64,000 nucleotides of DNA from Candidatus Aminicenantes bacterium (GTDB lineage Bacteria > Acidobacteriota > Aminicenantia > Aminicenantales > Aminicenantaceae). The translations under genes were made by a program, and so were the position numbers. Shown one piece after another: positions 46,626 through 55,015 of the stretch; positions within the stretch are counted from its first letter, which is position 1; each line of letters starts with the position of its first letter. The DNA lies in contig QMPV01000001.1 in the NCBI GenBank assembly GCA_003648765.1, forward strand, positions 290-64,289, written 5' to 3'. Under the pieces are notes generated by a model that worked only from the letters and a program-made list of their open reading frames with translations, searched no databases and was not told the origin of the DNA.

Positions 46626-48537
46626 GGGTCAACCTTTCCAGAGCCTGATGGGCTTCTTCTCGGAGTTTTTTATTCCAGAAAAATTTTCTTTGGCTGAGTT
46701 CCTGAAGATAGGGTTGGGCTTCAGGGACACCAATTTCAGTTATGATTTGAATATTAGCCCGGAGGAATCTATTTCTCAATCCGAAAGGAGAAGGAACGAG
46801 GAGTAATTCCTGGAGAATTTTTTCCCGAGATTGAGGATTTTGCACCAGGACTCGAATGGCTTCTTTGCGGAGAGCCAGATTTTTGTGTTTAATTAGAGGT
46901 TGAAGAAAAGAGTGCTCAATCAGGCTGAGTTTTTGGAAGGCTTGAATGATTTTTACCTGAAGTGAGGGGCTTACTAAGGGGAAAATGTGTTTGAGAATGG
47001 TCGCTATTTGGGGAGAATCAATGGTTTGTAAATTGGTAATAATATTTTCCACTAGAACTTCATCATGAGTGACCCTTTCCAGGTTTAGCAGAAAGTAAAA
47101 AAGATGATCGCTGAAGAAATGAAGAAAAGCCTGGAGGAGATAAGGTGTGACAATCTTTTTATCAAAGATGATTTCCAAATAAACGTTTTCGTTGTAGTAA
47201 GAAGCATCAAAAAGATTAATTAATTCTTGGAAATAAAGGTTCTTTTCCCCTTCAAGAATCAATTGTTCGACTTGTTTAGTAATTATTTTTTTGATTTGAC
47301 TGATGGCCTCGCCTACCAGATGGGGAGGGAGGTTTTGGAGGGAAGAGTAGAGATACTTGATGAATTCGAAATCTTTTTCTTCCAGAGCCACGCTGACTTC
47401 TTCTCCTAACAATTGAGTAATTTTCTGACGCTCAGCCGTTTTTTCTTCCCAGTGGAAAAGATTGAGAAGTATGAAACGGAAATTTCTCTTGAGTTCTTTG
47501 GAGTCAAAAGGTAATGTTTCCACTTCGGGGCGAGTACTGAGCTCTTCCAGAACTGATTTGTAAGTTTCAGCAAGGGGATAATCAACTGACGATAGAATTT
47601 TTTTGATTTTATTTTGGAGTTTACCCTGAGCCAGGAGACTGGCTTGTTGGCTTAAAATATCTTTCATTAAAGCTGATATTTTTTCGTTTTTTTCTTCAGG
47701 AATTATTCTGGTAATGAGTTGCCAGCGGAGAGAATCAAAATCATCCCGATGGATCAATTCCTCGCTTAGAAAGAGAGCAAGATCTTCTTCACTTAGCTGA
47801 GTCAGAATCTTTTTGTATTTTTCCAAAGGGAAATCAGCGCCAAGATTAGGCCGATGGAGAAGTGAGCGGAGAAATTCCTTGACCCGGAGCGGATAAGCGG
47901 GCGCATTGACTTCCTGAAGCCGGGCAAAGAATTTTTCTAGGGAAAGATTTATTTCTTCATCATTAATCAATTTTTCCAAGTCAAGTGAGGAAATAAATTT
48001 AACAAAGCTTTCTTCAACCTCACGAAAGAGTTGGTTGTCTTCTTTCTTTATTGATTCATCCAGCAAATAACCCCAGACATCCTTAATTTCTTCCCCTTCT
48101 CCTTTGAGAAGTTGAGAATAATCGAGTTCTTCTATTTGAATATGGGGGAAGGCACCTGATGCCAAGAGAGGCATTAATCCTTCCTGGCGATAGTAATCTC
48201 GAAGAGGTAAACTGAGGGTGGTGATTAATTGAGAGAGTTCCTTGGGCTCTATTCCTGGAATAAAGGTGAGGCTTTTTATTTTTCTTAAATGGAGAAAACA
48301 AGCTAACTCTTGATAGAGGGTATCTCCCTCCAGGCTGAAGTCATTGACACGAAGAGAAGTAGGGCTGATTTTAATAATTAGAGGAGAAAAAAATCGACTT
48401 ACCTCTTGAAGACGTTGAGTAAGATTTTGAATTGAATGTTGAAAGCCAGGGTGATGGTGAGGATACATGAGAGCGTTCTTAAGAGAAATTTTAAAGGCTT
48501 GGAAAAAAAGTTTGAGAGTTTCAATTTGAGTTTTCAA
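46615..48537 (-). CDS. hypothetical protein: N-terminal domain shared with the downstream HD protein, C-terminal HEAT/PBS-lyase-like repeats
   Basis: 640 aa. Its N-terminal MYPHHHPGFQHSIQNLTQRLQE...FLHLRKIKSLTF aligns with IYSPSHPQFAESINSLWETLTRYLQE...FLKERGIEKIIF of the next gene. The C-terminus has repeated LRKEAIRVL-like helical repeats. It overlaps the downstream gene by 11 nt. Confidence 0.5.
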   Translation of the reverse strand: MKTQIETLKLFFQAFKISLKNALMYPHHHPGFQHSIQNLTQRLQEVSRFFSPLIIKISPTSLRVNDFSLEGDTLYQELACFLHLRKIKSLTFIPGIEPKELSQLITTLSLPLRDYYRQEGLMPLLASGAFPHIQIEELDYSQLLKGEGEEIKDVWGYLLDESIKKEDNQLFREVEESFVKFISSLDLEKLINDEEINLSLEKFFARLQEVNAPAYPLRVKEFLRSLLHRPNLGADFPLEKYKKILTQLSEEDLALFLSEELIHRDDFDSLRWQLITRIIPEEKNEKISALMKDILSQQASLLAQGKLQNKIKKILSSVDYPLAETYKSVLEELSTRPEVETLPFDSKELKRNFRFILLNLFHWEEKTAERQKITQLLGEEVSVALEEKDFEFIKYLYSSLQNLPPHLVGEAISQIKKIITKQVEQLILEGEKNLYFQELINLFDASYYNENVYLEIIFDKKIVTPYLLQAFLHFFSDHLFYFLLNLERVTHDEVLVENIITNLQTIDSPQIATILKHIFPLVSPSLQVKIIQAFQKLSLIEHSFLQPLIKHKNLALRKEAIRVLVQNPQSREKILQELLLVPSPFGLRNRFLRANIQIITEIGVPEAQPYLQELSQRKFFWNKKLREEAHQALERLTHGI

Positions 48538-48821
48538 AGTCCACCTACTAGAGGTAATTGAATCAAAGTGAGCAAATTATGCCTCTCCTCTTTCCCTAGC
48601 AAAGAATATTAATCCTGACTTTCTCTGTCAAGTAGAATGGGCCCAATTGTCTAATTAAAACAGTGCTTTTGGTCAAGACAAAAGGGTTGGCCAGGGATTA
48701 AGAAAGAGAAGGGGCCGGAAGCCATGGATTGAGATAAAAAGAATTAGTCTGTTGGCTGTGGACTATTAAAAAGAGGATGTGATTAATTAAAGCTCTTTTT
48801 CCTTGCTGGCAGCGGCCCGCC

Positions 48822-48852
48822 AAAAAAAAGAGACTGGACTGGGAATGAGTCC
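48822..48852 (-). terminator. candidate intrinsic terminator for the PAS-GGDEF gene
   Basis: On the minus strand a GGACT-cattccc-AGTCC hairpin is followed by agtctcTTTTTTTT, about 30 nt after the stop. Confidence 0.4.
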
Positions 48853-48883
48853 TTCTGAATTGGAATTTAGAAAAAAGTTGGAC

Positions 48884-49870
48884 TTATTTCTCTTCTTCTT
48901 TTCGGGGTAATTCCAGAGTAAAGGCGACCCGATTACGGCCGAGCCATTTAGCGTGGTTCATTAATTTCTGGGCCCGATTTATTAAACTCTCCACAGTGTC
49001 CTTTTTTTGAGCCAGAGTAGCTCCAATGGAGACGGTTGTGCTGACAATTTCATTTTCAATCATAATGCTAGCTTGAGTAATTAATAATCTGAGTTTATTG
49101 GCAATCATGTCCAGTTTTGGTTCAGTGATATTAAGAATAACTACAATAAATTCATCTTCCTTCCAGCGACCCACAATATCAAAAAAGCGAATATTATTTT
49201 GAAGAGTTTGGCCCACGCTCCGCAGAACTTTATCCCCTCCCTCTGGGCCAAAAGCTTCGTTGATATTAACCATTTTGTCAATGTCTAAATAAAGAATGCC
49301 TGAGGTGAGTTTGAATTTTCTCAGTTCCTCCAGACGAGAGAGGAGTTGAATTTCTAGATAACGCTGATTGCCTACCTCGGTTAAGGGATCCAGAAGGGCC
49401 ATGCGACGAAGTTCTTCCGTTTTCTGGGGCATAAGCACTTTGGGCGACATATCGGAAAAAATTTCAGCTGCCCCGATAATATGGCCTTTTTCATCGCTAA
49501 GGGGCAGTAGATGAATTTCCACCGGTAAGAGATAGCCTTCTTTATGATGGATGTAAACTTCAAGATGACGAGGCTGGCCGTCTTCCATAACTTTAATGGC
49601 GGGACAAAGGTCATCACAGAGTTTAGTGCCGTAGGCATTCACATGAACCAAGACCTGGTCCCAACATTTTTTACCGATAACCTCTTCTGGGGAATGGCCG
49701 GCGATTCTTTCTGCGCCTTTATTCCAAAAGAAAATTTCTCTTTCTCGATTGACAGCGCAAATACCATCCTGAGTGTTGTCTAGAATGATTTTGAGGATAG
49801 ATGGTGACAGATACTCGATAAAATTGTTATTTGTCAACTTAACCAATCTTACCCCCCACTTATTTTTCAA
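48884..49870 (-). CDS. PAS domain + degenerate GGDEF domain protein (GG(D/E)EF replaced by KEDEF)
   Basis: 328 aa with an N-terminal PAS domain (NTQDGICAVNREREIFFWNKGAERIAGHS) and a C-terminal GGDEF fold (DPLTEV.NQRYL... I-site region ...). The signature reads DIVGRWKEDEFIVV. Confidence 0.8.
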   Translation of the reverse strand: MKNKWGVRLVKLTNNNFIEYLSPSILKIILDNTQDGICAVNREREIFFWNKGAERIAGHSPEEVIGKKCWDQVLVHVNAYGTKLCDDLCPAIKVMEDGQPRHLEVYIHHKEGYLLPVEIHLLPLSDEKGHIIGAAEIFSDMSPKVLMPQKTEELRRMALLDPLTEVGNQRYLEIQLLSRLEELRKFKLTSGILYLDIDKMVNINEAFGPEGGDKVLRSVGQTLQNNIRFFDIVGRWKEDEFIVVILNITEPKLDMIANKLRLLITQASIMIENEIVSTTVSIGATLAQKKDTVESLINRAQKLMNHAKWLGRNRVAFTLELPRKEEEK

Positions 49871-50055
49871 ACTTCTCAGTCATAATTGGTCTTATTAGTT
49901 GTATAACCTATTTTGCTTTAGTTTGTCAAAATATTTTGTAACAAGATTAGGAGAACCACTCTCAAGAGCCAGCCGGGGTTTTTTTAAAATAGTGGGGTCG
50001 AGAGAAATAGTTTGTTTTTGACAAGGGAAGGTAAATCGTCAAAAATATTCTTGAA

Positions 50056-51138
50056 GTGAGCATGATTAAGATTTTGCATACGGCTGATTTACATCTGCAG
50101 AAGAAGGGAGATGAGCGTTGGGCCACTTTAGTAAAAATTTTGCAATTAGCTCGGGCCGAGAAAGTAGCTTTTTTAATTATTGCCGGAGATCTTTTTGATG
50201 CCAATAGTCAGGCTGAAAATTTGAAGAGGGAATTAAGACCTCTTTTTTCTCAAAATGAATTTGAAATTTTGATTCTGCCCGGTAATCATGATGCCCGGTG
50301 GTGGCAAACATCTCCATTTCTTGGGAATAATGTCAAGATTTTTACTGAATTGACTCAGCCTTTTCTTTACTCTGAAGGAAAAATTGCTTTTTATGGACTG
50401 CCTTTTGAATTTATGAGTCGGGATGAATTACTCCAAAAGTGGCAACTACTCAAACCAGCTTTGGAGACTAAAAGAACTAACTTCCTGGTTTTCCATGGAG
50501 AATTACTTGATGCTTTTTATCTCCCTACTGATTTTGGGGACGAAGGTCGAGAGCGTTATTTACCCGTGAAACTCGTGGATTTTAGTGAGTTGGCTTTTGA
50601 TTATATTTTAGCTGGACATTTCCACACTCGTTTTGAAGTTTTCTCGATGAAAAATGGTGGATATTTTATTTATCCCGGCTCGCCTATTTCTATTACCCGC
50701 AAAGAATTAGGACCTCGGCGGGTAAATTTATTTAAAATCGGACAGCCCCCAAGTGAAGTAATTTTGGCCACCCCTTTCTATCAGGAAATTGAAGTTTTTC
50801 TTGATCCTACCCAAAAATCTTCTCCTCTGGAGGTAGTTGAGGCCGCTTTAAGTAACTTACCCCAAGAAGCTCGGGTTATTCTCCGGGTCAAAGGATTTTT
50901 TGACGGCCGACGCCATAACCTCACCGAACAATCCTTCCAGGAAAAGCTCGAGCAACTCACTGCCAAATACAACGTAGAGGATATTCAACCCGAATATTAT
51001 GATTTCCAGCGGGTAGCTCAAGAGAGGCTTTTTCAGGAAGTTATGGATAGGTTAAATCAGCGGAGTGACCTCGAAGAAGCAGAACGAACCAAAATGAGAG
51101 AAATAGTCATTCGGGCTATGGTCGAGGCTTTAGCATGA
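50056..51138 (+). CDS. SbcD/Mre11-family metallophosphoesterase (YhaO-like nuclease subunit)
   Basis: 360 aa with calcineurin-like motifs (ILHTADLHL, GDLFD, LPGNHD, GHFH). The start is GTG or the ATG two codons in. Confidence 0.85.
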   Translation: MSMIKILHTADLHLQKKGDERWATLVKILQLARAEKVAFLIIAGDLFDANSQAENLKRELRPLFSQNEFEILILPGNHDARWWQTSPFLGNNVKIFTELTQPFLYSEGKIAFYGLPFEFMSRDELLQKWQLLKPALETKRTNFLVFHGELLDAFYLPTDFGDEGRERYLPVKLVDFSELAFDYILAGHFHTRFEVFSMKNGGYFIYPGSPISITRKELGPRRVNLFKIGQPPSEVILATPFYQEIEVFLDPTQKSSPLEVVEAALSNLPQEARVILRVKGFFDGRRHNLTEQSFQEKLEQLTAKYNVEDIQPEYYDFQRVAQERLFQEVMDRLNQRSDLEEAERTKMREIVIRAMVEALA

Positions 51139-53459
51139 AAATCAAAGAGATAAACTTGCCAAGATACGGCCCTTTGAGAGAACGCTATTTTAAGAATTTG
51201 GGGAGTTTTAATCTTTTTTGGGGAGAGAACGAGGAGGGCAAAACGCTCCTCATCGAAGCTCTGCTGAAAATGCTTTTTGGCAAAAAAGCCCGGGGATTGC
51301 CGGGCATTGATCGCGTTGAGGAATTTCCTGAAGGTTTTGTGATTCTGGAACTAGCTGGCGGTGAAGAAATTAAATTACCCCAAGATGGAGATTTAAATAG
51401 CCTCTTTGATTTACCTGTGTCTGAAGGAGAAAATATTTTTATTATTCGTAACAGCGAACTGGCTCTTTCGCGGCAGAAAGAAGGAGAGTTTCGCTTTTAT
51501 ACTGAATTTACAGATCGTCTTTTAGGTTTGCAGACCCAAAAAATCAAAAAATTAAAGAGCGTCCTCCAAAAAATGGGTCGGTTGACCCGCCCTGAATCAG
51601 ACGCCCCTCTCTCGGGAAGTAAAGAAGTGGAGTTTATGGCTCGAAGGGTGAAGGTGGCTGAAGAATTAATTAAGGAGATGGAAGAGTTGCAAGAGCAAAT
51701 TGAAGAAAAAGGTTGGGCTGATTTAGAAAGAGCCTTAGCCTTTGACCAAGAAAAATATCGGCTAATTAATAATCAACTGGATCTTCTGGAAAAAGCCCGG
51801 CTTCGCGATTTATACCAACAGGGGAAGCAAGCCTTAAGAGAGCTCCGAGAAAGCTGGCAAGTTTGGCCTGAATTAGCCAAGTTTCAACCTGATTTAAAAG
51901 TGAGCTGGCTCAGAGCCCAAGATGGTCTTCAGATTCACCAGAAAGAATTAGACCGAGAATTACAAGCTCTTGAAAAAAAGAAACAAGCTCTTCAACAAAA
52001 GGAAGAAGAATGGCGGAAAAAACAAGAGGAGAAAGCTGCTCTGGAGGAAAAGAGACTTCAAGCCAGAGGACAACTGCAGGATTTAGTCCGCGAATACCAG
52101 GAGAGATTGGCCCACCAGAGCCAAGAGTCTTCCGGTCTTTCTTTTTGGCAAAAGTTTTTCTGGGGTAGTCTGGTTCTGGTTATTTTGCCGGCTTTAGCTT
52201 GGCTAATCCAGCCCCATTTTATTTTGGCGGTCGTGGCCGCTGGTGGCTTCTTGGGTTTTATTTTTTCTAGTGTGAAAATTATTTCCCTCCGTCGCCAGCA
52301 AGGTCAGCTTGAATCTCTTTGGGTTAGATTGGCTAACCGAGCAGCAGCTTTAGGGTTGAGAGCCACTTCTTTTCAGGAACTTTTAGCCCAATTGGCTCGC
52401 CTAGAAGAAGCAGGCAGTCGGCTGGAAAAAGAAATAGGTGGGTTAGAGGAGGCCAGGAGGCAATTGAGAGTGGATCTGGCTGAAATCGAAGCCAAGGTGG
52501 AGGAACGCCGCCAGACGATGGCCAGTGATACGGAAACTCTCAACCAGCTTCGTCAATCCACTGGAGTCACCTCTCTTAAAGAATTAGAAGAGAAAATTGC
52601 TCAGGCGGCTCATCATAAAAGTGTCTTAGATCGGACTCAGGCTTTTCTTGAACAAAATTTTCAGAGGATAAGTGAGGACTTAGCGGCTAACCTGGAGTAT
52701 TGGCAACAAAAATTGTCTGCTCTGGTCTCTTTTCAAGAAGTACCAGCTGAAGTAGTTTACTCGGAAGAAGAGAAAATCAGGTCGGAGAGTGAGCTTCAAA
52801 TTTTAAAAGAGAAAATAGAGGAGACTAGCCAGAGTTTAGCTGCCCTGCGCCAACGCCTAGCTCATCTAGAAGATAAGATAAATCGAGAAGTCCAATTGCC
52901 CGAGTATTATCGGTGTGGAACCATCGAAGAGATGGTGGTGGTCAAAGAAAAGCTGGAAGAATTTATTAACCAGATTTTAGAAGAAAAATACTTGGTTAGC
53001 CGAGTGCTGGAAATCTTGGAAGAAATAGAAGCTGAAGAAAGAGATAAAATTACTTTTCTTTTTGGCGATGAAAGTCAGGTTTCGGAATATTTTAGAAAAA
53101 TCACGGGCAACCGCTATCATTCTGTAGCTTACGACGGGGAAGAGATGAGTTTGGTGGTCCAGTCAGAGGAAGGTAAGCCATTAAAAGCTACTCAACTTTC
53201 GGCTGGTACTTACGACCAGCTTTATTTTGCGGTTCGCTTGGCTTTGGGAGAGAAAAGATTTCCCCAAGAGAAAGCGTTTTTCATTTTAGATGACCCCTTG
53301 GTCAAAGCTGACCCTCGGCGGCTGCTTGCTCAATTAGAACTCCTCCAGGAGATTGTGGAGATGGGCTGGCAAATCTTTTATTTTTCGGCTAAAGGCGAGA
53401 TCAAGGAGGCCCTGCAAAATGACATTCAGGCTGGTCGGGTGACTTATATATCTTTTTAA
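51135..53459 (+). CDS. SbcC/Rad50-like AAA ATPase with long coiled coil and two internal transmembrane helices (YhaN-like)
   Basis: 774 aa with an N-terminal P-loop GENEEGKT, long heptad-rich Glu/Lys/Leu/Gln segments, a hydrophobic pair (FWQKFFWGSLVLVILPALAWLIQPHFILAVVAAGGFLGFIFSSV) and a C-terminal signature/Walker B (QLSAGTYDQLYFAVRLAL...FFILDDP). It overlaps the SbcD-like stop by 4 nt. Confidence 0.75.
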   Translation: MKIKEINLPRYGPLRERYFKNLGSFNLFWGENEEGKTLLIEALLKMLFGKKARGLPGIDRVEEFPEGFVILELAGGEEIKLPQDGDLNSLFDLPVSEGENIFIIRNSELALSRQKEGEFRFYTEFTDRLLGLQTQKIKKLKSVLQKMGRLTRPESDAPLSGSKEVEFMARRVKVAEELIKEMEELQEQIEEKGWADLERALAFDQEKYRLINNQLDLLEKARLRDLYQQGKQALRELRESWQVWPELAKFQPDLKVSWLRAQDGLQIHQKELDRELQALEKKKQALQQKEEEWRKKQEEKAALEEKRLQARGQLQDLVREYQERLAHQSQESSGLSFWQKFFWGSLVLVILPALAWLIQPHFILAVVAAGGFLGFIFSSVKIISLRRQQGQLESLWVRLANRAAALGLRATSFQELLAQLARLEEAGSRLEKEIGGLEEARRQLRVDLAEIEAKVEERRQTMASDTETLNQLRQSTGVTSLKELEEKIAQAAHHKSVLDRTQAFLEQNFQRISEDLAANLEYWQQKLSALVSFQEVPAEVVYSEEEKIRSESELQILKEKIEETSQSLAALRQRLAHLEDKINREVQLPEYYRCGTIEEMVVVKEKLEEFINQILEEKYLVSRVLEILEEIEAEERDKITFLFGDESQVSEYFRKITGNRYHSVAYDGEEMSLVVQSEEGKPLKATQLSAGTYDQLYFAVRLALGEKRFPQEKAFFILDDPLVKADPRRLLAQLELLQEIVEMGWQIFYFSAKGEIKEALQNDIQAGRVTYISF

Positions 53460-53542
53460 TTTGGCCCTACTTCAGGGTAGAGCTGAGCTGAGATTATTGA
53501 GTTTTGACAGCTTAAAACTTCTTTGCTATAAGCATTCATGAA

Positions 53543-55015
53543 ATGAAAAGGAGAAAACTGGGTTTTATTAAAGTAGTGCTTTTGGTCAGCCTTGTGCTGA
53601 ATTTTATTCAGTGTGAAACTCAAGAAAGTCTAACGAAAAAAAGAATCAAGAGTGTTGAGCAGGGTTTGCTAAGAGGAGTTTATTTGAAAGGTACCCGGCC
53701 AGAGAAACTATCTCTCTTTGATCGACTGCAGTTTTACCGTGTTCCGGGCGTGAGTCTGGCTGTCATGGATGGGTTTCAGATAGAGTGGGCCCGGGGGTAT
53801 GGCACTAAGAACATTGCCCAAGCCGAACCGGTTGATGAAAACACCCTTTTTCAAGCTGGAGCTCTGAGCCAGGTTTTGGCCACCTTGGCGACCCTTTCCC
53901 TAGTGGACGAAGGCTTGATTGAATTAGATCAGCCTGTAAATACTTATCTTTGTCGCTGGAAGATGCCGATCTATTCGGTTAATCGTCAACGTCGGCTCAC
54001 TATCAGAGATATCCTGACTCATAGTGCAGGCTTTTACGAAATTGAGTTTCAAGGATATACCCCAGGGGATTCCCTGCCTACTTTGGTCGACATTCTTGAG
54101 GGCAAAAGTCCGGCCCGTAATCCTAAACTTTATCCTGTTTATCCACCTGGGACGCAGCGGGTTTATTCAGAAGCGGGTTTTGTGCTTCTCCAGCTTCTCC
54201 TAGAGGATGTCACAGGTCAGGATTTTGCTCAATTAGTTAAAGAAAGGGTAATTCAGCCTCTTCATTTGGCCAACACAACTTTCGAGTGTCCTTTGCCACC
54301 GGCTCTGCAGGCGCGGGCAGCTCAAGGTTATGACCGGCAAGGGCAACCTTTACCTGGAGGAGCTCGCATCTTTCCTCAGCAGGCAGCGGCTGGCTTATGG
54401 ACAACGCCCACGGATCTACTCCACCTCTCTTTGGCTTTGATCAAAATGGCGCGGGGAGAAGAAAGGGACGTTATTTCTCCTCTGTTAATCAGAGAGATGT
54501 TGACCCCTCGTTTAGGCTTGCAGGCGATGGCTTTTTTAGTAGAGGGTAGTGGAGATGACCTTCGGTTCTATCTGGAAGGTTATAACCCTGGTTTTAGTGC
54601 CTTTCTGGTGGTTTATCCTTCTCGAGGTCAAGGTGTGGCTATTATGGCCAATAGTGATAACGGCCTTTATTTGAGTGAGGAGATATTGCGGGCGGTGGCG
54701 GCTAATTATAATTGGCCTCATTTTCAGCCCGAGGAAAAAACTCCTTATCGGCTGCCAGTAGAAATTTATCAGGAGTATGTAGGTCGCTACGAAGTCAATC
54801 CGCAATATCATCTAGACGTTCGCTATGAGGATTATTATTTGATCATTCATCCTACTGGACAGGTGCCCACCCGTTTCTATGCCGAAAGTAAATCAACCTT
54901 TTTTGCCGTTGATCCCTACATTCAAATTCAATTTCTCAGAGATCGGCAAGGTCGGGTGACTGGCTTGGTCCTTCGTCAGAAAAGGACTCGGGTTGAAGCC
55001 AAGAAGGTCAGTTAA
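53543..55015 (+). CDS. secreted serine hydrolase of the beta-lactamase/transpeptidase-like superfamily (class C-like; nucleophile motif atypical)
   Basis: 490 aa with a signal peptide. The overall pattern (ENTLFQAGALSQ..., THSAGF, YSEAGFVLL) fits the AmpC/PBP4-like family, but the usual SxxK lysine is not obvious. Confidence 0.65.
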   Translation: MKRRKLGFIKVVLLVSLVLNFIQCETQESLTKKRIKSVEQGLLRGVYLKGTRPEKLSLFDRLQFYRVPGVSLAVMDGFQIEWARGYGTKNIAQAEPVDENTLFQAGALSQVLATLATLSLVDEGLIELDQPVNTYLCRWKMPIYSVNRQRRLTIRDILTHSAGFYEIEFQGYTPGDSLPTLVDILEGKSPARNPKLYPVYPPGTQRVYSEAGFVLLQLLLEDVTGQDFAQLVKERVIQPLHLANTTFECPLPPALQARAAQGYDRQGQPLPGGARIFPQQAAAGLWTTPTDLLHLSLALIKMARGEERDVISPLLIREMLTPRLGLQAMAFLVEGSGDDLRFYLEGYNPGFSAFLVVYPSRGQGVAIMANSDNGLYLSEEILRAVAANYNWPHFQPEEKTPYRLPVEIYQEYVGRYEVNPQYHLDVRYEDYYLIIHPTGQVPTRFYAESKSTFFAVDPYIQIQFLRDRQGRVTGLVLRQKRTRVEAKKVS

